From the NCBI GenBank assembly GCA_903851445.1, contig CAINOH010000009.1, positions 261,784 through 325,783 of the forward strand: 64,000 nt of DNA. The letters are read 5' to 3'. Positions 55,573 to 64,000 of this stretch are shown piece by piece. A program made the position numbers and the translations under genes. Every line of letters starts with the position of its first letter. Position 1 is the stretch's first letter. The stretch is from an uncultured Candidatus Micrarchaeota archaeon (GTDB lineage: Archaea; Micrarchaeota; Micrarchaeia; Norongarragalinales; CAINOH01). The notes under the pieces are model-generated. The model worked only from the letters and a program-made list of their open reading frames with translations, searched no databases and was not told the DNA's origin.

Positions 55573-56625
55573 TCAAATCCTCTTTGCAACCTCGTCGCCG
55601 AACTTAGAGGTTGGCAGCCACGGCATTCCCTGCGCGATGTCGCCAGTCCTGCAACCATCAGCTAGTGCTTTTTGGACTGCGGCCTCGACTTTGCTTGCGG
55701 ACTTTGCCTGGCCCAGAAAGTCAAGCATCATCGCTGCGGAGAGTATAGCGCTTATCGGGTTTGCGATTCCCTTTCCTGCTATGTCGGGCGCGCTGCCGTG
55801 GATTGGCTCGAACATTCCCGTTTTGGTCTCGGGGTTGAGGTTCGCGCCAGCGCACAGCCCGAGCGAGCCGATAATCTGGGCGGTCTCGTCTGAGAGTATG
55901 TCCCCGAACATGTTGTCCGTGACAACCACCTGGTAGCGTTCGGGGCAGCGAATCAAGTACTGGCTCATAGCGTCAACGTAGATGCTCTCGGTCTCAAAGC
56001 CGGGGTACTCTTTTTTGATTTCCTCAAAACGCGAGCGCCAGTACTGCGAGGTGAAAAGGATGTTCGCCTTGTCAACCGAGGTGACCTTGGTCTTTCCTGC
56101 TTTCCTTGCGTAGTCGAAGGCAAAGCGGATGATACGGTCAACACCCCTCTTCGTAAACACGCTCTCGTCAGTAGCCCGGTCTGCAGTTTTTGTGCCCCTT
56201 CTTGAGTACAACCCTTCGGAGTTTTCGCGTACAATGGTCACGTCAAATCCCTTTGCAATGACCCTGTCCTTCAGCGGCGAGAGGTTTTCCATTCCGGGGT
56301 AGATTTTTGCAGGACGCAGGTTCACATAAAGGTCAAGCTCCTGCCGCGCGCGCAGGATAGCCTCGTGTTCAATCAGGCCCGGCGGCAGGTCGGGCACGCC
56401 AACAGGCGCCTTGAAAATCGCGTCGCAGTCCCTGTAGATTTTCAGAGTGTCGTCAGGCAGCGCGTTCCCGTACTTCTTGTAAGCAGCGCCACCGGAGGGC
56501 GCGTCCACGAACTCGACTTCTATGCGGTCAGTCTCACCGACTTTCTTCAGCACCTTGATGACTTCGGCAGTTATTTCCGGGCCGATGCCGTCGCCTTCCG
56601 TCACTGCAATCGAGAACTTTGTCAT
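55573..56625 (-). CDS. leuB: 3-isopropylmalate dehydrogenase family enzyme
   Basis: GDGIGPEI, LDLYVNLRP, VRENSEGLY, DKANIL, DNMFGDILSD, FEPIHGSAPDIAGKGIANP. Substrate specificity cannot be established from sequence alone. Confidence 0.85.
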   Translation of the reverse strand: MTKFSIAVTEGDGIGPEITAEVIKVLKKVGETDRIEVEFVDAPSGGAAYKKYGNALPDDTLKIYRDCDAIFKAPVGVPDLPPGLIEHEAILRARQELDLYVNLRPAKIYPGMENLSPLKDRVIAKGFDVTIVRENSEGLYSRRGTKTADRATDESVFTKRGVDRIIRFAFDYARKAGKTKVTSVDKANILFTSQYWRSRFEEIKKEYPGFETESIYVDAMSQYLIRCPERYQVVVTDNMFGDILSDETAQIIGSLGLCAGANLNPETKTGMFEPIHGSAPDIAGKGIANPISAILSAAMMLDFLGQAKSASKVEAAVQKALADGCRTGDIAQGMPWLPTSKFGDEVAKRI

Positions 56626-56662
56626 TCCATCAAAACCCCCTTGCGTTTCCATCTGCGGCGAT

Positions 56663-57700
56663 TTACTCGTCGTCCTCCTCGTTTTCCTTTTCCGGCTTGT
56701 TGGACGCGGCGGCCATGCCTTCCGACGCCGCTTCGAACAATTCCGAAACCAGCTTCGCCACCTTTCCTTTGCCGTCCTTTTCCTGCTCGTATTCAGTAAC
56801 GTGAAGGAAAGCAAGCCTGTCGCCCAGAGCCTCAAAGCAAGCGGCAATCTTGGCGCGGTCAAGCTTTGCGGGAATGCCCTTTTCGGCCATCTCGTTTGTT
56901 GCGAATTGGGCGTAGTCGCGGATTTCCCTTATTTTTCCCTCGTCAAGCCCGATTTTGTTCTTCTTTGCAAAGGCGATTCTTTCTTCCGCAAACTTTTCGA
57001 GTTGCTCGCCGAACTTCTCTTCATATTGCACGGCGTCGATTTTTTCAAAAGCGTCCAGGTCAACGTCAATGCCGACCCGGTTTTCAGGATTGCACAAAGC
57101 CAGGGCCTTCTCCAGGCCGTCGGCAAAATCCTTTATTTCGTCTGCGGGTATGATTTGGACTTGCGCTCCCATTTCCTCAAAAGTGCCGCCCTCTCTCCAG
57201 TCCTTTGCGAACTGCCTGTTGTACTCTGCGACCTTGCGGTTGTGCTCGCGCAAAATCAGCTCCTCGCTTGCGCGCGTTCCCACGAATATGATTTTTTCTA
57301 TGAATTCCTTCTCGTCCAGCACGCGAAACACAGTTGCCTTGGTAAGGCCGCTGTCCTGGTCCTGCGGGTAGATGTCAAGGTGCGCGTCAAAGACAACCAG
57401 CGAAAGGCCGACCGGGTCTTCCTGCGCAAAGGCCGCCATCTCGTGCCTTATTGCAATCGGGTAGGTTGCCGCGTGGTCGTTTGAGACAAAAAACTTGCCC
57501 GCGGGAAGATAATCTAGCGCCATCTCCTCGGTGCTTACGTAGTCCGGGCTCCTTGTGCCCGCTATTACGCTCCCAAAATCCTCCGGCCGGCTTATTGGAA
57601 GCTTCGCTCCCTTCTCCGCGACGTCGTACCAGTCCTCGCCGCCGTCGGTTACGAATATGGGAAGAATGTCGTGCATGATTTCATCAGAACCTCTTTTCAT
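56663..57700 (-). CDS. Divergent arginase/ureohydrolase-family metalloenzyme
   Basis: SNDHA (GGDH-like), FDAHLD, FVGTR, GIDVDLDAF, LHVTEY; helical insertion and acidic tail. Start uncertain (57676-57709). Confidence 0.7.
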   Translation of the reverse strand: MKRGSDEIMHDILPIFVTDGGEDWYDVAEKGAKLPISRPEDFGSVIAGTRSPDYVSTEEMALDYLPAGKFFVSNDHAATYPIAIRHEMAAFAQEDPVGLSLVVFDAHLDIYPQDQDSGLTKATVFRVLDEKEFIEKIIFVGTRASEELILREHNRKVAEYNRQFAKDWREGGTFEEMGAQVQIIPADEIKDFADGLEKALALCNPENRVGIDVDLDAFEKIDAVQYEEKFGEQLEKFAEERIAFAKKNKIGLDEGKIREIRDYAQFATNEMAEKGIPAKLDRAKIAACFEALGDRLAFLHVTEYEQEKDGKGKVAKLVSELFEAASEGMAAASNKPEKENEEDDE

Positions 57701-57729
57701 TTTTTTCAAGCCACTGGAGCCGCAGGGAT

Positions 57730-58449
57730 TTAGCTTTTGGCAGGCCCGGCCAAGTCGGCCGGTGCGTTTATTTTCCTGCGGAAAATGTGCATCCTGTCGG
57801 CACTGTCCCTAGTCTGGACGGTTATTTCCTGCCTTGCAAGCGCGTCCACAAGGGGTTGCCGTAGGAACCTCGTGGGCAGGCCGTAACTTATCAGCACGCC
57901 CCCCGGCCGCAGGGAGTTGAGCAGGTTCTGCAGCGCTTCGGCCTTTTCGAACGCGTGCGTGCTTGCATAGTGGTCCTGTATCACGTCAAAGAACCCCTCA
58001 TCCTTTCCCTTCTGCTTGAGCACCGTTGACTCGATGTGCCTGCGTATCCACCTTCCGCGGGGTTTTGGCGAAAGCTCGCCGGGGTAGTTCAGCCCCAGGC
58101 CGTGGCCTATTATGTTCGGCGAAATCTGCTGCGCATAGTGTATTTCCCAGCCGTCGCCCGGTCCGGCGTCAAGAAAGTGAACTGGTTTGTCTTGTTTCGC
58201 CCTTTCTTCAAGCTCAGCAGCGACTTCCTGTTTGAGTGTGCCTTTGGTGTTAGGGTAGAATTGCCCCAAAGCCCGCCTAGTCCTGTTCTTGACCTCCCGG
58301 CGCTGGTTCGGGTAAAGATTTTCTCTTGTGAAAGGCCGCAACCGGACTATTTCCATTTCCGGCCACGCCTGCGGGTTGTCGTGCAGCCTGAGCTTGAGGA
58401 CGTCCTGCCTTGTTTCCTGCGGTGTTTTCCTTATCATGCGCTCTTTCAT
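57730..58449 (-). CDS. Class I SAM-dependent methyltransferase
   Basis: FLDAGPGDG motif I, FFDVI, LNSLRPGGVL. Confidence 0.75.
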   Translation of the reverse strand: MKERMIRKTPQETRQDVLKLRLHDNPQAWPEMEIVRLRPFTRENLYPNQRREVKNRTRRALGQFYPNTKGTLKQEVAAELEERAKQDKPVHFLDAGPGDGWEIHYAQQISPNIIGHGLGLNYPGELSPKPRGRWIRRHIESTVLKQKGKDEGFFDVIQDHYASTHAFEKAEALQNLLNSLRPGGVLISYGLPTRFLRQPLVDALARQEITVQTRDSADRMHIFRRKINAPADLAGPAKS

Positions 58450-58828
58450 TCCGCCGGCTTCGGGCCCAGCCCGTTTGCCGTGCTATAATTTTGGCTGGAA
58501 CGGATAAAATCAGTGATGGTTGGCGGCAAGGTCGGAAGACTGCGTTTTTTTGTCGATGTACTGCAGCCGGCTTCCTGTCACGTTTCCGCTTGCGTTATAA
58601 ATCCGCCAATGCAAAACGATTCTATCCAAGTTCGATAACGGTGCTTTGAGGTGTACGGAAGGGCTTTCTTTATTGCAGGTATTGCCCAGTCGTACTTCTA
58701 GTCTTGCACGCACCCCCGAAACATCTTCTTATCTTCTTTCAAACCGCCTAGTCCTGCCCTTTTTCAGAATCCGGAAGGAAGCATTGGCCCGGAAAGCAGT
58801 CTTTTTACCATAACGGAGAGTGTGAACC

Positions 58829-60340
58829 ATGCAGGATGAACCGGTGAGCTTTTCAAAAGACTTTTGCGACGACATTTTGGTCCTTGACACCACGCTTCGC
58901 GATGGCGACCAGGCTCCGGGCACGCACCTTACGCCGGACAAGAAGCTTTGGCTTGCAAAAAAGCTTGACGAGGCGGGCGTTGACGTCATAGAGGCTGGCA
59001 ACGCGGCAGTAAGCGAGGGCGAGAGGGAGTCGCTGAAGGCGGTTGCCAAAGCCGGGCTTTCTGCGCAAGTGCTTTCGTTTGCGCGAGTCATTGCTTCCGA
59101 CATCGACGCCGCTGCCCAGTGCGGTGTTGACGGCGTGCACCTGGTCTTTCCAAGTTCGGCGCTGCACATCCGCGAGAAGCTTCGAAAGACCCCGGACGAG
59201 GCGCTTGGGGTAATCACTTCATGCGTGCGGCACGCCAAGTCACTTGGCCTGGCAGTCGAGCTTTCGGCAGAGGATGGCAGCAGGGCTGACCCCGAATTCC
59301 TCAAGAAAGTCTTTTTGGCTGGCGCCGCAAGCGGCGCCGAGCGTTTTTGCATCTGCGACACAGTTGGCGTATTGTCGCCGGAGGCGTCCTACTCCCTGTA
59401 TTCTGGCGTGAAGAAGGCGGTTGGCAACCGCGTTCTTGCGGTGCACTGCCACAACGACCTGGGCCTTGCAACTGCCAACACGCTTGCTGCGCTTTGTGCC
59501 GGCGCAGGGGAGTTCCACGCTACTGTGAACGGGGTTGGCGAGCGTACTGGCAACGCGGCTTTGGAGGAAGTCGCGGTTGCACTCGACTACTTCTACTCCA
59601 AGCCGACGCTGGAGCTTGGAAAGCTCTACGAGCTGTCCGTTCTTGCAAGAAACCTCTCCGGTTTCAGCCTTGCTTCCAACAAGCCCCTTGTTGGCGAGAA
59701 CGCGTTCTCCCACGAGTCCGGAATCCACGTCGACGGCCTTTTGAAGGACACGCTCACCTACGAAGCCATCCCGCCTTCGCTTGTTGGCCGCAAAAGAAAA
59801 ATCCTTCTGGGCAAGCTGTCCGGCCGCAAGGCCGTTGCGCTCAAGCTGGAGGAATTCGGCTTTGCCTGCGACTCTCCGACCCTTGAGAAGGTGTTTTTGC
59901 AAGTCAAGGCGCTTGGAGACAAAGGAAAAATCGTCACCGACGCCGACCTCTTTGCAATCTACCATTCGGTTTCCGGGGTTGGCAGTCCCACTGTGTTTTT
60001 GGAGGAGCTGACTGCCTCGACTGGAAATAATGTCAAGCCTTGCGCGCACGTGTGCCTGCGCCTGTCCGAGAACGGCTCCGATGAGATTCGCTGCGCAAGC
60101 GGCGAAGGCGACGGGCCCGTTGACGCCGCCCTGAACGCAGTCTACAAGGCGCTTGGCAAGGCCGACGTCTTGCTTACCGAGTACCACGTGGACGCGGTCA
60201 CCGGCGGGTGGGACGCGATGATAACTGTCAGCATAAAGATGCGGCGGGGAGAAAAGGAAATCTACTCCGGAGCCGCAGGCACGGACATAGTTTTGACAAG
60301 TGCGGAGGCAGCTGTAAAGGCGATAAATGCGCTGTTATGA
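58829..60340 (+). CDS. leuA: 2-isopropylmalate/citramalate synthase family enzyme with C-terminal regulatory domain
   Basis: DTTLRDGDQ, HCHNDLGLA, GERTGNA, HESGIH, GKLSGR, GDGPVDA. LeuA cannot be told from CimA by eye. Confidence 0.85.
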   Translation: MQDEPVSFSKDFCDDILVLDTTLRDGDQAPGTHLTPDKKLWLAKKLDEAGVDVIEAGNAAVSEGERESLKAVAKAGLSAQVLSFARVIASDIDAAAQCGVDGVHLVFPSSALHIREKLRKTPDEALGVITSCVRHAKSLGLAVELSAEDGSRADPEFLKKVFLAGAASGAERFCICDTVGVLSPEASYSLYSGVKKAVGNRVLAVHCHNDLGLATANTLAALCAGAGEFHATVNGVGERTGNAALEEVAVALDYFYSKPTLELGKLYELSVLARNLSGFSLASNKPLVGENAFSHESGIHVDGLLKDTLTYEAIPPSLVGRKRKILLGKLSGRKAVALKLEEFGFACDSPTLEKVFLQVKALGDKGKIVTDADLFAIYHSVSGVGSPTVFLEELTASTGNNVKPCAHVCLRLSENGSDEIRCASGEGDGPVDAALNAVYKALGKADVLLTEYHVDAVTGGWDAMITVSIKMRRGEKEIYSGAAGTDIVLTSAEAAVKAINALL

Positions 60341-60464
60341 AAATAATCCGGATTTTCAAGCCAATCGCATGCTTTGTTCTTTGCATTAGTTCTACTTTTT
60401 GCTGACTTCTTTTCTACCGCGCTGATTTATGCAGTTCTATCCGTTATTGCCTGCATGGGTTTGT

Positions 60465-60479
60465 CCCTAGAGTCTAGGG
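60465..60479. promoter_or_regulatory. Perfect palindrome CCCTAGA-G-TCTAGGG upstream of the pilin operon
   Basis: 7-bp inverted repeat with a 1-nt spacer, ending 19 nt before the GTG at 60499. Confidence 0.35.
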
Positions 60480-60498
60480 CATACGGGGTGGGGTAAAA

Positions 60499-60813
60499 GT
60501 GAGTAAGGTAGTGCCAAAGCTGTTCTGGGTATTGTTGCTGGCGCCTTTGGCGTTTGCGGAAGATCCAGCGGCGGTCATTCAGAGCAAGATTTGTACTCTG
60601 GTTTCACCAGCTTTGCAGGTAGCGGCAGCTGTTGCCCTTCTTTCGCTTATCTGGGCGGGAATAGAGTTCTTTTCGAGCGGCAACAACGTGATGCAGCGGC
60701 AGGGTGCGAAGCAAAACCTGATGTACATCCTCATGGGCTTGTTCATCATCGTTGTCGCGCCTTACTTGGTGGCGCTGTTCACCGGTTCGCAAGCCTGCCC
60801 GCTAATCCCCTAA
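60499..60813 (+). CDS. TrbC/VirB2-type T4SS pilin
   Basis: 104 aa; signal peptide, two hydrophobic helices joined by LIWAGIEFFSSG..QRQGAKQNL..ILMGL; flanking Cys pair. Confidence 0.8.
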   Translation: MSKVVPKLFWVLLLAPLAFAEDPAAVIQSKICTLVSPALQVAAAVALLSLIWAGIEFFSSGNNVMQRQGAKQNLMYILMGLFIIVVAPYLVALFTGSQACPLIP

Positions 60814-60834
60814 AAAGAGGCGCGTGGTTCTAGC

Positions 60835-62259
60835 GTGGATAATGTGACTTTGCTGGCTTTTGGTCTGTTGACCCAGCAACTGGTCGCCCCGCACGGCGCC
60901 CTTAGTGACTCGCCTTTTGGGGACGTGCTGTCGAACTTGTCGTGTTCCTCTTCGCTAGACGCTTCCCTACTCATCTGCGGGGACCTTATCAGCATCAAGC
61001 CGAGCGTCTTGCGGGAAAACGACAAGTTTGTGAACGCGTCCGGCCGGGGATTTTATTTTTCCGAGGCGAATTTTACCGTTCCGCCAGCGGTTTTTAGCGG
61101 TAATTGGTGCGACGTAAAGGCTTCTTTGGAAAGTTTTTACTGTTCGTATACTTTTTCGCTTGGGGGAAACGCGGTCTACTCCTCATCGTCAATGATGACC
61201 TACAACCAACCGGTTTTGTCCGGTCAGCCGATTCAATTATTGAACGGTTCAACCGGTTGGGTTAATTTTTCTTATTCCTCAGCCCCCGGAAGATGGGCGT
61301 TCTCATCGAAGTTTACGGGCGATGTCCGCGTTAAGGCAGATTATTACGCGTTAGTGTTGCACAAGCCCTGCTCGTGGGGTTGTAATGGGTGGTACTCCTG
61401 TGATTTCGCCCGTACGGCATATTATGATTATCCTGCGACGTTGGTTCAGAGCGACCCCCTGGTAGTGGAGCAGCCGGCCTTGAATTTTTCCATTGTTCTC
61501 GACCGGGATTACAACTCGTCTTGCCGGGTGGTTCTCGGAGTTTCTGATAGCTTGAACGCATCGAACTGGCAATTGGACTACGCTGGGTTCAAAGCTTGGA
61601 GCGAGCCTTCCACATATTTCATTTATCTGGACGGCCACGGCGCGCGGCAGATTTATTGGTCACAGAAGACGAGTTCGCCTGTCGGCGGCAATGAAACTTT
61701 TGCTTCGCTTGGCCAGGGTTACTGGGCGGCCTCTTTTCTCAGGCCGGGCGGTTGTTCTTCCCTTCCTCGGACCGGGTTGTTGAGCGTTGAAGGGAAGTTC
61801 GGAAACCACTCCCAAAACGTGCCAGTCACGCAACTTCGCCAGTCCGAGATTAATTACTCGGTTTTCCCGCAAAAGCCGAAAATAGGCGATAATGTTACCA
61901 TCGTCTTTTCCGTGAACAATTTCCGGCCAATCAGCGCGTTTCTTTGGGGCGTTTCAAGCGTTGTAGTGCCTAACTCCTCCGGCCAGGCGAACTATTCATT
62001 CATCCTAAGGGATTCCACCGCCCTTGTCGGGGCGTCGCAGGATTTTGGCGCGGGGTGGTCGTCTGCCGAGGTGGACGTGCCTTTCGCCAGTTATGATGTT
62101 GTCGGTTCTGTCTGGGACTTGGGTTGGCTGGCAATAGGCGTCACGCCTTTGTTGTACGGCTTTAATCGGGTGGTTCGGGCGTCAAATTCCCTCCCAGCGG
62201 CGTCTTTCAAGGCGGGCTTGCTGCTATTGGCTTTGTATGCACTGCTGGCCGTGATTTAG
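60835..62259 (+). CDS. Hypothetical extracellular beta-rich protein with C-terminal membrane anchor
   Basis: 474 aa, several Cys pairs, many N-x-S/T sites, two C-terminal hydrophobic segments; tightly spaced within the pilin operon. Confidence 0.7.
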   Translation: MDNVTLLAFGLLTQQLVAPHGALSDSPFGDVLSNLSCSSSLDASLLICGDLISIKPSVLRENDKFVNASGRGFYFSEANFTVPPAVFSGNWCDVKASLESFYCSYTFSLGGNAVYSSSSMMTYNQPVLSGQPIQLLNGSTGWVNFSYSSAPGRWAFSSKFTGDVRVKADYYALVLHKPCSWGCNGWYSCDFARTAYYDYPATLVQSDPLVVEQPALNFSIVLDRDYNSSCRVVLGVSDSLNASNWQLDYAGFKAWSEPSTYFIYLDGHGARQIYWSQKTSSPVGGNETFASLGQGYWAASFLRPGGCSSLPRTGLLSVEGKFGNHSQNVPVTQLRQSEINYSVFPQKPKIGDNVTIVFSVNNFRPISAFLWGVSSVVVPNSSGQANYSFILRDSTALVGASQDFGAGWSSAEVDVPFASYDVVGSVWDLGWLAIGVTPLLYGFNRVVRASNSLPAASFKAGLLLLALYALLAVI

Positions 62260-62269
62260 GTTGATCTAA

Positions 62270-63250
62270 ATGAAGTGGCTTCCTCTTGCAATGTGTTTTC
62301 TGTTGCTCGTTTCTGGCGTGCGGGCGGATACTCCTGGTGTTGATTCCAATTGCCAGGCGGTTTGCAGCAATCCTGCTGATATTTTTTGTTCGTTTTCTGC
62401 CTTAGGGGCGCAGATATTGTGTCAATTTTCCAAGTCTGCATCAGAGCAGGCGAACAGCGCAACTGACGCGGTAATCAACGTAACTTATGGCGTCGTTGTC
62501 TCCAACCCCCCAATTCAAGATAGTGTGCCTATCAAGGACGCGCAGGCGAGTATTGTCGGCATTCTTTGCGTTTTTTTTGTCCTGGTGTTGATTTGGAACG
62601 GTTTTGAGTTCGTCTTGTCAGGCTCCACGAGTTTTGTTTCCCGCTCGGCTACAAAGCAGAATTTCCAGAAGGCGGTCCTCGGCTTGTTCCTAGTATTTTT
62701 GAGCAGTTCAATCTATTTTCTGGCCTTAGACTTGTTCGGCGTTGTTGCGGATTCTTTGAAGCCGAGCGTGGCAGAAGTCCAGAGCCTGGCCGTGGCGCTT
62801 TTGAACTCCTTTGGGCTTCTTTTCAACATTTCGTTGTCGTTGTTCATGATAGTGGTCCTGATTGTCCTGGTTATCCGCTGGGTTCTGGTCATCGCCGGTT
62901 TTTTTCTCTTTCCCGTCGCGGTTTTTCTTGAGACGGTTTCCTTCACCCGCGGTTTTGGTGAGTCTTTGAACCGCTTGGTGCTGGGGAATTTCGTTGTCCA
63001 GATTGTTGACATCATCCTTCTGCGCACGGTAGTGATTATTGTTGCGAATTCGTCTTCCTTGTTGCCGGGCAGTGATTCAATTTTTTCCTTTGCAGCCGTG
63101 CTTTCTGTGCTTGTTTTGCTTGTTGTCATAAACGCCAAGTTTTATTTTGGCGCGATTGCGGGGACTGTGAAGAACGCGGTGGTTTACCGGGGCGTCGGGT
63201 CGGCGTTGGCTCCTAAATCCGATGGCTTTCCAAAGGCGTATTCGAAGTGA
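62270..63250 (+). CDS. VirB6/TrbL-like polytopic membrane protein
   Basis: Signal peptide, Cys-rich start, about 6 TM segments, LVIRWVLVIAGFFLFPVAVF (VirB6-like core). Confidence 0.7.
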   Translation: MKWLPLAMCFLLLVSGVRADTPGVDSNCQAVCSNPADIFCSFSALGAQILCQFSKSASEQANSATDAVINVTYGVVVSNPPIQDSVPIKDAQASIVGILCVFFVLVLIWNGFEFVLSGSTSFVSRSATKQNFQKAVLGLFLVFLSSSIYFLALDLFGVVADSLKPSVAEVQSLAVALLNSFGLLFNISLSLFMIVVLIVLVIRWVLVIAGFFLFPVAVFLETVSFTRGFGESLNRLVLGNFVVQIVDIILLRTVVIIVANSSSLLPGSDSIFSFAAVLSVLVLLVVINAKFYFGAIAGTVKNAVVYRGVGSALAPKSDGFPKAYSK

Positions 63251-63256
63251 GGGTTC

Positions 63257-64000
63257 GTGGGCGATAGTACTGGGCTTGTGATGGATGTTCCGGAGGAGCT
63301 TAGTTACGACGAGCGCGTTTTCTGGGTGTTCACCTTCAAGGAGAGCGTCATACTGGTGATTTTTGCCGTTCCGGCGTTGTGGGTTTTTTTCAATCTTGAG
63401 GCCGGTCTCAGCTTGCGTGCGATTGTGGCGGGCGCGATTCTTTTCCTGGGCTTGATATTGGCGAAGTTCAGGCCGGTCCAGGAGAATGTTTGGAACGGGG
63501 TTAACTACCTTTTCGGGTTTAGGAAGGCCAGTTGGACGGATTCTTCGCTTTTGCAGCGTTTTGTGCGCGTCAGGGACATTGATGGCGATTTCGTCCATCT
63601 TCAGGACGGCCGGGTGCTTTGCGTGCTTGGGGTGCGGCCGCTGGATTATTCTGTGCTGTCGGACGGCCAGAAGGCAGTCTTGGTCTATGGTTTCATGGAG
63701 TTCGTCAACTCCCTTTCATACCCGGTTCAGATTGTTATGCGCACTGCGCGAGTGAACCTCGTGGAGTATTTTGCCCGGGCCAAGCTGGCGATGTCCAAGA
63801 AGAGGGACGTTCAGGCGCTGGAGGAGATGGAAAAGTTCGAGGAGTTCGTGGAGTCCTACTTGGTAAAGCACAGCGTTCATGACCGTTTGTTCTACTTGGT
63901 CGTGCCCATGGCCCAGAGGACGGACGTAGATGCGGCTAGGCGCGAGTTGTCCAATCGCGTTGAGATTTTGCGGGATAAGCTGAATTCAATCGGTTTGGCC
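63257..64000 (+). CDS. PrgI/VirB3-like domain fused to a TraC/VirB4-associated domain (runs off the window)
   Basis: Not in the ORF track because it has no stop. Manual translation: VPEELSYDERVFWVFTFKE, two TM helices, then VRDIDGDFVHLQDGRVLCVLGV.PLDY.VLS..QK...FMEFVNSLSYPVQIVMRT..VNL.EY. Start is GTG 63257 or ATG 63281. Confidence 0.75.
   Translation, partial: MGDSTGLVMDVPEELSYDERVFWVFTFKESVILVIFAVPALWVFFNLEAGLSLRAIVAGAILFLGLILAKFRPVQENVWNGVNYLFGFRKASWTDSSLLQRFVRVRDIDGDFVHLQDGRVLCVLGVRPLDYSVLSDGQKAVLVYGFMEFVNSLSYPVQIVMRTARVNLVEYFARAKLAMSKKRDVQALEEMEKFEEFVESYLVKHSVHDRLFYLVVPMAQRTDVDAARRELSNRVEILRDKLNSIGLA

Noticed and set aside
58755-58800. SRP helix-8-like string CAGAATCCGGAAGGAAGCA
   Set aside because: The 5' side of the symmetric loop is not CAGG, the flanks do not form a supporting stem, and it sits in the leuA leader region.
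60374-60496. Possible 40-aa hydrophobic ORF ahead of the pilin
   Set aside because: Only a TTG start, no SD, too short to support; it may simply be T-rich intergenic DNA.

Overview
Archaeal chromosomal window, inferred to be DPANN and most consistent with Micrarchaeota (short XPF, AMP phosphorylase, DUF2341-type adhesin, HTH-capped pilus ATPase); the taxonomy rests on gene content only. Most of it is housekeeping: ribosomal proteins, TFB, ValRS, ThrRS, FtsY, DnaG and Trm1. It also holds a near-complete archaeal mevalonate super-operon, a DAP-aminotransferase lysine cluster with no dapF, leuA/leuB-like genes, a Tad/type IV pilus ATPase with two membrane platform genes, and two modular class III signal-peptide adhesins. 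The best leads are: (1) a trmB gene broken by one in-frame TAG, with a 7-5-7 palindromic operator upstream and three promoter-bearing GNAT-like paralogs downstream, the last preceded by a diverged copy of the trmB 3' end; (2) a CPR-like T4SS/pilin operon (VirB2, VirB6, PrgI-like) running off the right edge; (3) a chimeric ThrRS with an archaeal editing domain fused to a bacterial-type enzyme whose own editing site is degenerate; (4) an unclassified structured intergenic RNA candidate upstream of dnaG. I found no tRNA, rRNA, CRISPR array or IS element by eye. All calls come from motif recognition; no searches were run.
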